Of a stretch of DNA of 64,000 nucleotides, positions 1 to 13,400 are shown one piece after another. The stretch's first letter is position 1. Each line of letters starts with the position of its first letter. A program made the position numbers and the translations under genes. This stretch comes from Amoebophrya sp. A120 (lineage: Eukaryota > Protista > Dinoflagellata): the NCBI GenBank assembly GCA_905178155.1, contig CAJINV010000013.1, positions 1,864,281-1,928,280 on the forward strand, in the 5' to 3' direction. The notes under the pieces were generated by a model. The model saw only the letters and a list, made by a program, of their open reading frames with translations, was not told where the DNA came from and did no database searches.

Positions 1-3000
1 GGCGTCAGCGTCGGCGGCAAGGGCACCTTCCAGGGATCCTTTTCCTGCATCAGCCACGCGCAACTCGGCTCGGCGTTGTCCATCCGCGCGACCGCGCGGG
101 TCGGCAGCCGGATGTCCGTGCTTGACATGCTCGGTCTGGGGTCCACCGTGTCCACGCGAACCATGGCTCGCTTCGGCTCCGGCCTGTCGGTCGTTAACGC
201 CGCGAAGATTGGCGGCAAATTGAGCGTTCTGAACTTCACCGGTTGCGGTTCCGCGTTGTCCGTCCGAGGGTATGCGAAGTTCGGCAGCAAGGCATCCGTT
301 GTGGACTTCGTGGCGCTCGGTAGCAGCATCTCGGTTCGCAGCTTCATGCGGGCGGGATCCAGCGTTTCCGCGTTCGGATCCACGCACGTCGCGCAAGGCA
401 GAATGAGCGTGCAGAAGTTGTGCAACATCGGATCTGCACTTTCCGTCCGCGGTGCCATGCGGTTGGGCAGCCGTGCGTCCGTTTTGGATACGCTCGCGCT
501 CGGCTCGTCCATCTCGGTCCGAGCCTTCAGTCGGTGCGGCAGCAGCGTGTCTGCCGTCGGCCTCGTCCGGGTCGGCAGCCTGCACATGGCGTCGGTGATT
601 GGCGTCACGCACCTCGGGTCCAGCCTGTCCGTCCGCGGGGTCACCAGGTTCGGCTCCAAGATATCCGTGTTCGACTTCCTGCAGCTCGGCTCGTCCGTCT
701 CGGTCCGACAGTTCGCGCGGTTCGCCAGCAGCGTGTCTGTCGCCGGACCCAGAGTGCGCGCCGCGGGCATGGCGTCCGTGCTCGACTTCTCGGTGCTGTC
801 GAGTAGCATTTCCGTCCGGTCGTTCGGTCGACTGGGCGGGAAAGTCTCCGTCCTGGACATGGTTAGCCTCGGCTCCTCGCTCTCGGTGCGCACTTACTGC
901 AGGATTGGGTCCAGCTGCAGCGTCATGTCCCACGTCCCGGGTGTGGGTGGAAGACTGTCTGTGCTCGAGCAGGCGACGCTGGGCTCCATGCTGTCCGTCC
1001 GCGCGTACGGGAAGGTCGGTTCGCGCATGTCGGTCCTCGACATGCTGGCGCTCGGCAGCTCGGTCTCGATCCGGCACTTCGCCAGAGTCGGCAGCAGCTG
1101 CAGCGTCAAAGGCTTGACCGCAGTTGGCTCTTGCCTGAAACTGTCCACCATCGGCTTCCTCAGTGCGGGCTCCAGCTTGTCCGTCCGCTCGGCTACCAAA
1201 TTCGGCTCGCGCGCGTCCGTCTTGAACTTCCTGCAGCTCGGCTCCAGCATGTCCGTCCGGGGCATGCTCCGACTTGGCAGCGGCATGTCCGTCAAGGGCC
1301 TAAGCAACCTCGGCGGCGCGTTGTCCATCATCGAGCAGGCCACTATGGGTAGTTCCGTGTCGCTCCGCAACATGGCCAGACTCGCGGGCTCCGCCTCGAT
1401 CATTGAATTCGCCGTCTGCGGCTCCGCGCTGTCCATGCGTGCGCTCTGCAGGATCGGCAGCAGCATGAGCGTGACGGGGGTGTCCAGCTTGGGGAACAGA
1501 CTCTCCGTCCTCAAGTTCGCGACCTTGGGCTCCGCATTGTCCGTCCGCAGCATTGTCAGGTTCGGATCGAAGATGTCCACGCTGGACATGTTCCACCTCG
1601 GCTCCAGCATGTCCGTCCGGTCGTTCGTCCGGCTGGGCTCCGCGTACAGCATTTCCGGCAACCTGCGATTCGGATCCATGCACACCGTGTCCGTCGTGCA
1701 CCACACGAGCCTCGGATCCACGCTGTCCGTCCGCGGCTTCGCGAAGGCGGGCAGCAGACTGAGCGTCCTCGACTTCCTGAACCTCGGCAGCAGCGTCTCG
1801 CTGCGCGCCATCACCAGAATGGGCTCTTCCTGCAGCGTGACCGGATCAGCGAACGTGATGAGCCAGATGAGCGTGCTGTCGCACGTCCACCTCGGCAGCA
1901 CCCTGTCCTTCCGCGGCTTCGCGAAACTGTCCGGCGGCGCCTCCGTGTTGCAATTCACGGCGCTCGGCAGCGCGCTTTCCGTCAGAACGCACACCCGGTG
2001 CGGTTCGCGTGTCTCGGTGCTCGACTGCCTCCGACTCGGGAGCACGATTTCGCTCCGCGCCGCCACGCGGTTCGGTTCCGGAATCTCGGTCGCCGGGGTG
2101 GCGAACACGGGCAACAAGTTGTCCGTGCTGAACTGCGCGGCTTTGGGCTCAACGCTGTCCGTCCGCGGAGCCTCCCGGCTCGGCAGCCGCGCCTCCGTGA
2201 TCGACTTCTTCAACATCGGTAGCGCGATCTCTATCCGCGCGGCCCTGCGCCTCGGCAGCGCGCTGTCCGTGGCGGCCGACAGCAGCATCGGCGGCACGAT
2301 CTCGATCGTGAAGCTCACCAACGTCGGCAGCTCGCTCTCCGTCCGCGGAGTGTCGAGACTCGGCTCGCGCGTGTCCGTCATGGACTGCTTGACGCTCGGT
2401 AGTTCCCTGTCGATCCGCGCGGCCGTCCGCCTGGGCTCCAACCTGAGCTGCGTCGGCCGGTGCGCGATTGGCTCCATGCTGAACCTGTCGCTGAACCAGA
2501 TCGCACACTTGGGCTCCACCCTGTCCGTCCGGGCGGCCACCCGATGCGGCAGCCGCATCTCCGTGATCGACTTCATGAGCCTGGGTTCCTCGCTGTCCCT
2601 CCGCGGCATGACGCGTCTCGGCTCCGGCGTTTCGGTGTCCAACGACGCGAAGTTGAAGGGAAGACTGTCGATCCAAGAGCAGCTGCACGCGGGCAGCAGT
2701 CTTTCCCTGCGTGGCGACTTTAGACTCGGTAGCAAGTTCTCCGCACTGTCCTACGCGCAATGCGGGTCGTCTCTGTCCGTCCGCGGGTCGAGCCGATTCG
2801 GGTCGCGCGCTTCGGTGTTCGACGTGCTGAACTTGGGTTCCACGCTGTCGTTGCGCAACATGATGAAGCTCGGGTCCACGGTGTCCACGTTCGGGGACAT
2901 CGCCGCGGGCACGAAGGTGTCCATCCTGAACACGGTCTTCATGGGCTCCACCCTCTCGCTCCGCTGCGGGAGCAGGATGGGCAAGAGTTGCTCGGTCCTG

Positions 3001-6000
3001 CAGCACGTCAGCTGCGGCTCGGCCTTGTCGCTCCGCAACGTCGCCAGAATGGGCAGCAAGGCGAGTGTCCTCGCGTTCGTGAATTTGGGCAGCTCGCTGT
3101 CCCTCCGCAACAAGGTTACGGTCGGCAAGCAGGCATCCGTGCTGCGGTTCTGCCACCTGGGAAGCGGCCTGAGTATTCGCAACACACTGAGGATGGGGTC
3201 CCGATGCTCGGTCCTCGATCTGTGCCAGCTCGGCTCCACGATCAGCGTGCGCAGCAGCAGCCGGTGCGGCAGCAAGTTTTCTGTTCTCGACATGGTCAAC
3301 CTCGGTTCCTCGATCTCCATCCGAGCCATCATCCGCATCGGCAGCGGCCTGTCCATCCAGGCGACCAACAACAGGATTGGCGGCCGGCTTTCCGTCACCG
3401 GAATGCTCCAGATGAGCAGTACGCTCTCGGTCCGCGCGACCAGCCGCATGGGCAGCCGCGCCAGCGTGCTTGACCTGCTGAACCTCGGCTCGTCCATGTC
3501 GGTCCGCAGCTTCTCGCGACTGGGATCCGCCATCTCCGTCCGCGGGCTAGTGTCCTTCGGCAGCATCACCAAGCTGTCCGTCATCGACGCAACGAACCTC
3601 GGTTCGTCGCTCTCCGTGCGGGGTATCGCTCGTATGGGCAGCCGGGCCTCGGTCCTAGACTGCCTGCAGTTGGGCTCCTCGATGAGCTTGCGCACCAATG
3701 CCTACTTCGGATCCAGAGCCAGCGTCCTGCAGTTCATGCATGTACGTTATTTTTTCAAGAGATAGAGAACTACGTAGATCTTTTACCCTTATGCTTATTC
3801 GCCGACTGTACCTAGCATTTAGCTTTCTTGTCCTCCTTTAGCTTTATCTTGATCATGAATGAAGCAAAAGCGTACAATTTTCAAAAATGAAACTCCAAAC
3901 AGATCGGCTCCACGTTGTCTCTCCGGTCGCAATCGCGTATCGGCGGCAGCACGTCGATGTTGCAGTTCTGCCAGCTCGGGTCCGCCCTCTCCGTCCGCAG
4001 CCAGAGTCGGCTGGGCAGCCGGGTTTCCGTCCTGGACTTCCTCGGCCTGGGCTCCTCGGTGAGTGTGCGAGCGATGATCCGGTCCGGTAGTTCGCTCTCC
4101 GTGAAGGGCAACGTGCGGTTCTCCGGCGAATCGGGCCTGTCTATCCTCGGACAGCTGCAGACCGGCTCCGCGCTGTCGCTGCGCAGCTTCAGCCGCATGG
4201 GCTCCAACTGCTCCATCCTGGACTACGCCTTTCTAGGCAGCACGATCAGTGTGCGGTCCTTCCTCCGCGTCGGCTCCGCGCTCTCGGTGAAGGGCCTGGT
4301 CGCGGTGGGCAGCTGCAACCGACTCTCCGTGATGGGAATCACGAACTGCGGATCCGCGCTCTCCGTGCGTGCAGTCAGCAGATTGTCGTCGCGGTTGTCC
4401 GTGCTCGACCTGCTCAGCTGCGGATCGGCACTGTCCGTGCGTGGTCACACGCGCTTCGGCAGTTGCATTTCCGTGCTGGACTTCGTCAATCTAGGTATAC
4501 TTACTTGCGTAAAATGAGTTTTTCGTTCCTGTTTCACTTGGTTGATGTACGCGATTTCATCTTTCACATTTGAACATCGGACTGATTTTCTTGTACTCAT
4601 CTGGTATTTCCGCTACCCTGTTCCGTATCAAAATCAATACGCAAACTACTTCCAATCAACTCCAACAGGATCCGCAATGTCGATGCGTGCGTACTTCCGT
4701 TGCGGCAGCGGCCTCAGCGTGTACGGTCCGACCAACGTGGGCAACAAGTTCTCCGTTTTGGAAACAGCGAAACTCGGGTCGTCGCTGTCCATCCGGGGCA
4801 TCAGCCGCTTCGGCTCGCGGGTGTCGCTGGTGGACTTCTTGAACCTTGGTTCCTCCGTGTCCATCCGGTCGTACAGCCGGCTGAACAGCGGCATTTCCGT
4901 GCGCGGGTTGGTCAACGTCGGCTCCATCCACGCGGCGTCTGTGATGAACTTCCTGACCGCGGGAAGCTCGCTCTCGGTCCGGTGCCACTCCCGGTTCGGC
5001 TCCAAGATGAGCGTCCTGGATATGCTCAACCTGGGCTCGGCCTTGTCCGTCCGTGGCATCAGCCGGCTCGGCTCAAGGCAGTCCGTCTTCGACATGTTTG
5101 CCCTGGGCAGCAGCTTCAGCATCCGCAGCTTCAGCCGCCTGGGCAGTGGGTTGTCCGTGGCGGGCGACGTGAACACCAAGGGCATGACCTCGATCCTCGG
5201 CTTCCTGCAGACCGGCAGCAGCCTGTCCATCCGCACGCACGTCCGGTTCGGCAGCCGCATGTCCGTGCTGGATGCCACGTGCCTTGGCTCCTCGATCTCC
5301 GTGCGCGCGTTCCTCCGGCTAGGCTCCGCCTGCTCCGTCAAGGGCATCGCGCACATTGGCAGCATCTACCAGGCGTCCGTGATCAACCAGATCCACGTTG
5401 GCTCCAGCCTGTCCGTCCGCGGACGCACGCAGTTCGGCAGCCGAATGTCCGTGTTGCTCTTCGTCAACCTCGGTAGCGGCTTGAGCGTCAGGAACACACT
5501 CAGGCTCGGCTCCAGGGCGTCCGTCTGCGACTGCTTCGCGCTCGGTAAAATTTGTTTGGTTTTTGTGATTCTTGCTGATGTTGTCAACATAGTCTTGATT
5601 AGAGATGACTTGGGAGCACGAAGATGAACATATTGACAATGCAATTAAGATTCTCATCAATGTTTCACAATCCCAACAAAAAATCCCAGGCTCGTCGCTC
5701 TCGTTCCGTTCCGCGGTTCGGTTCGGTAGCAGCATGTCGATCGTGGGCAAGATGGTCGGCAGCAGCAAGTTGTCCGTGATCGAGCAGGTGAACTTCGGTT
5801 CTACCTTCTCTATCCGTAGCTTCATGCGGTGCGGTTCGTCGCTCTCGCTGTACGGCAACCTGGTCGGAGGCAAGGTCGGAACGCCATACTCCATCTACGC
5901 CGCCGCCACCATCGGCAGCTCCTTCAGCTGCAGGGCGTTTGCAAGGTACAAGACAACTTGATGTTGAGTAGAACAGAAGGTTGATGATAGATTTGCGTCG

Positions 6001-9000
6001 TTCCTTTTATGTTGCTCACTGCGGAATGAAGTTGATGAATGTTGAATTTGCATACGAGTCCTTTCATGAACAACTTTCCATGTAAAACAATGAAAAAAAC
6101 AGACTCGGCTCGGCAGTGTCCATGTTCGCTAACCTCCGGGTGGGCGGCAATTTGAGCACTCTCGAGCACGCGGAGATTGGCTCGTCCATCAGCGTCAGAG
6201 GAATTGCACGCCTGGGAAGCAGAGCATCCGTGCTGGATTGCTTGATGCTCGGTACAACTATTTTTGTGTGTTTCTGAAGTGAGGTTTCGCTTTTCAAATG
6301 CCTGAACTTTGGTGACAGCTTGATTCACACGGGCCTTTTTTTCCATAATACATGAAAACACCTTGCAAAAAACATCAAACACTTTATCAGGCTCCTCGAT
6401 CTCTGTCCGCGCGTTCATCCGCGCCGGATCCGGTCTTTCCGTGAAGGGCCTGACCCAGTGCGGAAGCAGCTTCCAGATGTCCGTCCTGCAGTGGGTCAAG
6501 CTCGGGTCCTCCTTGTCGGTCCGCTCCGTCTCCCGCCTCGGTAGCAAGGCCTCCGTGCTGAACTTCGTGGCGCTCGGCAGCGCGCTGTCGGTGCGGTCCA
6601 AGACCTGCTTCGGCAGCCGCATGTCCGTGCTCGACACTTTGAACCTCGGTTCGGCGTTGTCGCTCCGTCGGTCGATGAAGATGGGCGAATCTTTGTCCGT
6701 GCTGCAGTTCTGCCACCTGGGTAGCAGCCTCAGCGTGCGCAGCACCGGCCGCATCGGAAGTCGCGCCAGCGTGGTGGACTTCTTGACACTTGGTACTTAC
6801 ATATTTTCACGACTTTTTATTCGATCTTGTTGTCTGTTCCATTCAGTTTATTTGGTTTTCCACCATCGAGTCTATGAGTAGAACCTCCACCCCGTATGCG
6901 GACTACAGAAAGCGTCACAAATGAAAAGCAAACAACATCGCAAATGTTCAAATCTCGGAATCTCTGCAGGTTCCTCTTGCTCTGTGCGTGGACACGGAAG
7001 ACTGGCAGGCAACATGAGCATCTTCTCCTTCGTCCAGATGGGTAGCAGCTTGTCGGTGCGATCCGCATCCAGATTCAGCTCGCGGTGCAGTGTCCTAGAC
7101 ACCATGGCGCTCGGCTCCTCCTTGAGCTTGAGGTAAAAATGTTGTGAATTTATTTTGGCAATTGTGAATAAGCGAAAACGATATTTGCTTCTTTTTGTCA
7201 TTTGTTTTCCAATGCCAATGCTTCTGTTTCCTCAGCCTTACGAAATAAGAACAAGTGCCACTGTAATACACAACGAAACTGTTGAATCTACCTTCTTACA
7301 ACACTCAAAAACAGGGCTGCGGTGCGCCTCGGCTCCTCTTGCTCCGCGTACGGCAGTACCATCTGCTCGAACGCGAGGATATCCGTGACCGGCCTGGCGA
7401 ATGTCGGTTCCGCCTTGTCCGTCCGCGGCGTAACGCGCTTCGGCTCCCGCGTCAGTATCCTGGACATGTTGAACATCGGTAGCAGCGTGTCCGTCCGTGC
7501 GGCGGTTCGCTGCGGCAGCAGTTTGTCGGTGATCGGCCGAGCCGCGGTTGGCAGCTGTCTGAAGGCCAGCGTGATCAACTGGGCAACATTGGGAAGCGCC
7601 TTGAGCGTCAGGTAAAGTTTAGAGTCGAGTTTTTTGCTTTGTTGGCTTACATACTACTAATTTTCTTGTGATTGTGTTTTATTTAGTGCACGAGCATGAT
7701 AAAAAGGGAGGTGCATGACAACAAACAACTATGCAACATTAAAACCAATTCGATAATCACAGGTCGCATTCGCGTCTTGGATCACGCGTGTCCGTTCTGG
7801 ATATGCTCCGGCTCGGAAGTTCCGTTTCCTTGCGGTCCATTTGCCGCACTGGCTCCGGCATGTCCATCTTCGCGAACTGCAGGGTAGGAAGCAGTTGCAG
7901 TGTGCTGGGCTGTCTGACCGTCGGTAGCGCGTTGTCCATCCGAAACTCGATACGGTTCGGCGGCAAGATGAGTGTTCTGGAATTCACCCAGCTCGGCTCC
8001 TCGCTGTCCCTCCGCGGCTTCGCCAGAATCGGCTCCAGCTGCAGCTTGGTCAGCAACGCCAGAATCGGAGATCACTGCTCGGTATGGACTTTGTTTGGGG
8101 AGAGTGATCAAAGTTTGATGCATAGTCGGGTCTTTTTCTACCATGACTTTTGCGATGAAATGAAGACCAGCAGCGCATTACTTATCAAATGAAAACCATT
8201 CCCAATGACAAACCAATCAAAACAAAACAGGTTGTCTCGCATTCGCATCTCGCCTCGTCAATTTCCGTCCGTGGAATTGCCCGGCTGGGATCAAGAGCGA
8301 GCGTCCTGGACATGATGATGCTGGGCTCGACCCTTTCCGTGCGTAGCTGCGTGCGCGTCGGCAGCTCACTGTCTGTCGCAGGCAACACGAGATTTGGCAC
8401 CTGCTCGCAATTGAGCGTGTACAGCTACCTCACCGCGGGAAGCAGCATCAGCGTCCGCTCACATGCGAGGTAATAATACTACCTGAATGGATGATTTTGA
8501 TGAAGCAATACACCAATTTTGGTGCTATTCTGCTGCAGCTTTTGAGATGAGAGGCCGTGCTTATTTTGACGGATTTTCTTCCACTTCATGTTTGTATGAT
8601 GCTAACAACACAAGAAACTCAAAACTAAATCTAAATTCAAACGTCACCGCCCATGAATCACAGACTCGGCTCCCGCGTGTCCATCCTGAACATGCTGGCC
8701 CTCGGGTCCTCCATGTCCGTCCGCGGCGTGATGCGGTGCGGCTCCGCGCTGTCGGTGCAGGGTAACCTGCGATCCGGCCCAAGCCGATTCTCCGCGTACG
8801 GTGCGGTGCAGATCGGCTCTTCGCTCTCCGTCCGCGGCTACACGAAGTTCGGCTCGCGGGTGTCCATCCTCGACGCGGTTTCCCTCGGCTCCTGCTTGTC
8901 CATCCGGGCGTACGGCAGAATGGGCTCCGGCTTGTCCGTCGCGGGCAGCTTCAACGCGGCGGCGGCTACCCGACTGTCCATCACCAGTGGCGTCCACATC

Positions 9001-10400
9001 GGCTCCACACTGTCGATGCGCTCCTTCACGCGCCTGGGCAGCAACGTGTCCGTGATCAACTTCGCCAGCGTCGGGAGTTCGTTCTCCATGCGGTCCTTCA
9101 GCAGGTTAGGCGGCAACATCTCCGTGCTGGACTTCTCCAACATGGGCTCGGCGCTGTCCGTGCGCTCGTTCGCGAGACTCGGCAGCGGCTTGTCCGCCAA
9201 GGGCAGCGTCCGGATTGACAGCACGCTGTATGTCGGCGATGCGGCCATCACCAGTGACAACTCCGGGAACCCGACCATGAAACTCTACCCGTACAAGACC
9301 AGCAGTGTGGCCAACAAGGCGGTATTTTATTTTCAGGATAGTTTGCTTTTTGAAATGATTTTGGTTCTTTTGGGTTAGATTTCATCCAGCAGCACTCTAA
9401 GATTAGAATTTCTCGTACTGTTCATACATTCAAGCCAAATGCGCACTTCTAATGCGAATCCGACAAATTGAAAACAGGGTATCACCATGGTCTACTCGGG
9501 TGGGGCAGTCGCCGGTACGCTCCACGGCACCTGGTCCGCAGACAACGCGGTGACTTCCTCCGATAAGAGGCGGAAGCGCGACATTGCGCCGCTGTACCAG
9601 GAGTTGCTGAAAGTGGCACCAAGGAACGAGAAGGCGCTGGCTCTGATGGAGCAAGGTAATTGCAAAACTGATTTTTTGCTGTTTTTGTCATGTAGAAAGC
9701 TCTTCAGTAGAATTTCAACGAAGTTCCGTTAGGCATGCAGAATTCGTTTTACTAGAAAAGGAAACGATCTCCAAAATCATCCCCAAAATGCTTATCCCAC
9801 AAATAAAACTCAGGTCGCGTTGCCGACGCTAAGGATGCCACGATCATCCAAGTGCTGCAAGAGCTCCGGCCTGTTAGCTACAAGTACAAGCGTGCTTCGG
9901 AGTCGAAGTACAGCCGGTACGGGTTCATCGCGCAGGAGATCGAAGAAGTGCTGCCGAACATGGTGGTGAAGTCCGAACAGGACGGCATGCTGCAACTGCG
10001 CCTGGACGACCTGATCGCGGTGCTCACACTCGGTATCCAGTCCCTGGACAGCCGCGTGTGGCAGCTCGACGAGAAGTTGACTACGATCGACATCAAGGTC
10101 GAGGAGAACTACGAGAAGTTGACCGATAGGATGAAGACCATCGAGACCATGATCCGGAAGGTGCTGATCGGCAAAAAGAACAAGGAGATAATGTTGGCAT
10201 CGAATGCTGTCAACGCCACCGCGGATAGTAATTCTGCAGCGATCGCAGCACACGAGCAAGTGATTGCACAGCAGCAGGTCAGCGTCGAAAGCACAATTGT
10301 GAACGGGGTTCAAGTGACAAAGACGTCAAACACGACGGTCATTCTGAACGACACGAATCTAACCGTGCTCAACGCGACTATGGTCGAGATCTTCGGATAA
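1..10400 (+). CDS. Giant 12-aa-repeat (predicted beta-helical fibre) protein with C-terminal peptidase S74 / intramolecular chaperone domain and coiled coil; 5'-partial, at least 2818 aa
   Basis: Exons joined by hand at GT-AG introns: <1-3741, 3903-4494, 4669-5544, 5690-5945, 6103-6251, 6391-6792, 6970-7132, 7315-7611, 7763-8081, 8231-8469, 8664-9321, 9478-9655, 9814-10400 (8457 nt, in frame, repeat register kept across junctions). About 200 units of GS-x-hydrophobic-S-V-x6. C-terminus has TSSDKRRKRDI...LRPVSYKYK...YGFIAQEIEEVLPNMV...LRLDDLIAVLTLGIQSL followed by heptads. Confidence 0.9.
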
Positions 10401-13400
10401 AAAAATAGTAGCTAGTAGTAGAGAAAAAAATTGAAAAAAAAGCGCTCCGATGGAGAGTCGCTTCGGAAATTGAAAAACCGTTGTACTGGAAAGTAATAGA
10501 AACAGTGTCACAAGCAGATTACAGCAAGAATTTGTACCGAAAAATCAGACTTTGATACCGTTGTGAATAATATCAGACGGAAAAGAATTTCTATCAGAAG
10601 TACGAAACAGCAAATATTGCTATTCCTTGACGAATAGGAAATTAACACGCTATGACAAAAAGTGTCACTTCACTTTGAATAACAACTTCTAGCAACAAGA
10701 TTCAGCTTTATCGAGGAGAGATGAAGATTTACTTTTTCGATTTACTTTCGCGCAGATAATATCAGATTGGAATAATTTTATCAAAAACAGTATCAACACT
10801 AAGAAATATGAAAGGTTTAACAATGTCGCCTGTCTTGTCTGAAAAATGTTGTTGTTTGCATGAAATATTCTTCACCTGAAATAAGATATTCTTCTATCGA
10901 CACGTGCCCGTCTTCCTGCGGGACACAAATCTTTATAATGTTTCTTTTCTTGCACAGAACAAAAAATTTCGGAAGCTACCAGGCTAGAATTTTCTATGTC
11001 TGGTAACCTTCAAGGAAATTAGGCTGGCTATTTGAATTGGTAAGTACGAGGTACAAATATCATCACAATTGCTAATGCTAGTTTTGCCTGGATATTCTTC
11101 TCATGATATCCGGTCAAAAACTACTACCGATTTTTATACTTCTTCATACAAAAAAGAAAAGAAATTGTCTACAAGGCTACAAAACAGTTTCGATAGAACT
11201 TATCGCTACGAAAGTAAAGCGCACACAGCAGGAGAATAGAACACATCTTGCTCTTGCAAAAGCGAAAGTGGAACAGAGGAAATTTATCCGCTATGGGTGT
11301 TGAAAATAATGGCTAGAAATCAAACCTTTCTGGATTCATCAAGGCCGAAACACATTCTCCGAGACCGTCCACCTCGGAGCTTGTTTTTTGCGTTTTTGAT
11401 CTTCAGGAAAAAACATCGCACTAGAATAGAAACTTTTTTCGAGTTTAGTCCAGGCTCGCTCTTTCTGTCCTGACGTCCATTTTCAGGGGTAGATAGAGTC
11501 TGAGCAGTAAGACAAACATCGAAATCGCCACTTTGGAAGAACTTCTAGCTCAGGATGCCCGCGGTAGTCGAAGACAACAGAAGAAATATTTTCGCAATTC
11601 AAGGCAACGACACAGCAGCTGGTGCGTATGAATTTCCAAACAGTTCTTTATCTCAGACAAAAAGCATCAAAGTATTTTCTTCTCGACAAATTCGCAAAAA
11701 TAGCTGGTACTATTTCTATTTTCTATTACCTATGAACAGGTTTCGAATGGTTACGATTTGATTTCTATTGCATTACACTAATCTCTTGAAAGTTTTAGAT
11801 CTATCTATCAAAACCAAATCACCTCCAAGGTAGGTGGAATAGCAAGGGCGATTGCTGACTACCTGGGTGAAATTATCACTAGTTAAATTGCTACTATCAT
11901 GATCTATTGTTTGATTTATGAAAACAGTCGAAAAATCAGTATTTGACGCAGATTTTCTACCGATAAATTGCTCTTGCCTCTCGGAAGGTTTACACAGCAA
12001 GTTTAGCGTCGCCAGTATCTACCAATATTTCGTGTCTACTAACTTCGCCTCACTTTTTTTTCTTTGGTGTCAGAATTTGGTACACGAAATCATTCCTACC
12101 TCTAAATAACAGTTTCACCTCAAGAATCAATCAAGCACGAATCAGATGTCGATAAAAATTTGAAGTCTCGAAACTCAAAGCTCTATCTGTAAAAGCGTAA
12201 GCGTTCAAAAAAAAGGCGAACCAAGGCCGTTGGGGCTTTTTTTGCGATTGCGTCGTGATAATTGGCGCTCTTTTGATTTGCTGTGCCTTAGTCGTGTTCC
12301 TCTTTTCTCCTAGTTCAAGATCCGGCGATCATTGCGTGCTCGTCACCGAGAAAGCAAACCAAACACAAAGTGGCCCACATTGTGGAGAGGTTGAGCACCC
12401 CCCAAAAATCGTCATCGTATCTACACTCGAAGCATCATCTTCGTCGTCGGCAGTATAGCAGATATGATTCGTCTGTTCGTTTAATATGTTTTCACTATAC
12501 AAAATGATTGCTCTACGCATTTTTCCTCTCGGGATTTTTCAACGATCCACTCAGATTACAAGGGAATATTACGAGTCCGAGTCGGATGAAGTCATGTTCA
12601 GGTATGTTCGTGGGATTGGTAGCGAAAAAAAGTCGTCTTCAAGTGATTTTTCCGGTTCGTTGGGGACGTAAAAATGACATCGAGCAATCGGGTTCCTTAT
12701 CCGTCGAACGAGGAGCCCTCTAGATAGCAGAGCTCCAGGTCAAGACTTATCTTCCAGTTTGATGAGTAGTTCTTCATCGACACACACTTGTGCACAGCGC
12801 TTCTACTACAATTTTTTCTCCTTGGAAAATATGAATAAAGTAAGAAGATGAAACTACACTAGAACAAATAATAAAGGTAGAGTAACAATATATACAAACG
12901 AGTAAAAAAAAGTAGAAAAACAACCATGCCGGAACACGGCCTATGATCTTCCTACTTAGTTCAACCACCGGGAGAGTGAAGCTCAGGCTTGTCTTCCTAC
13001 TTTGATATGGGAGAATAATACCACGACGTGGAGTTGGCGGAGAGCCGTGTGGCCTGACGACCACCAGACGACCGCGGCAATACCGTCAGTACCGTCGCGA
13101 ATCATTTGTGCGTTGGTGCAACTGAATAGATAAGGTTTGTTTATTATACTGCTTGCTGTGATCTTGAGTGGCTTCATCGTGCGGCTCGCACGACAGTGAA
13201 CACCCAATTTATCGTCTATTTTGCTCGTGGAAGCCACGAAGTAGATGACTGAAAAGCATTACGTTCTAAAAACAAATCTGAGGTGTTGGCTTTGTTCCGC
13301 TCGTCGGGAGCTTGAAGGTTCAGCAACCAACAATAGCGTGGGCGCTAATAGCATTAGCGAGGAGCCGGACTTCTCTGAAGACAACCGGTATATTCCTGGT

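Noticed and set aside
894-9278. Long antisense and alternative-frame ORFs over the repeat gene (e.g. 894-2735, 613 aa)
   Set aside because: Shadows of GC-rich repetitive codons; they end at or near the + strand intron boundaries.
1-10400. Prophage or bacterial contaminant interpretation of the S74 gene
   Set aside because: Twelve GT-AG introns, no other phage genes, and eukaryotic neighbours.
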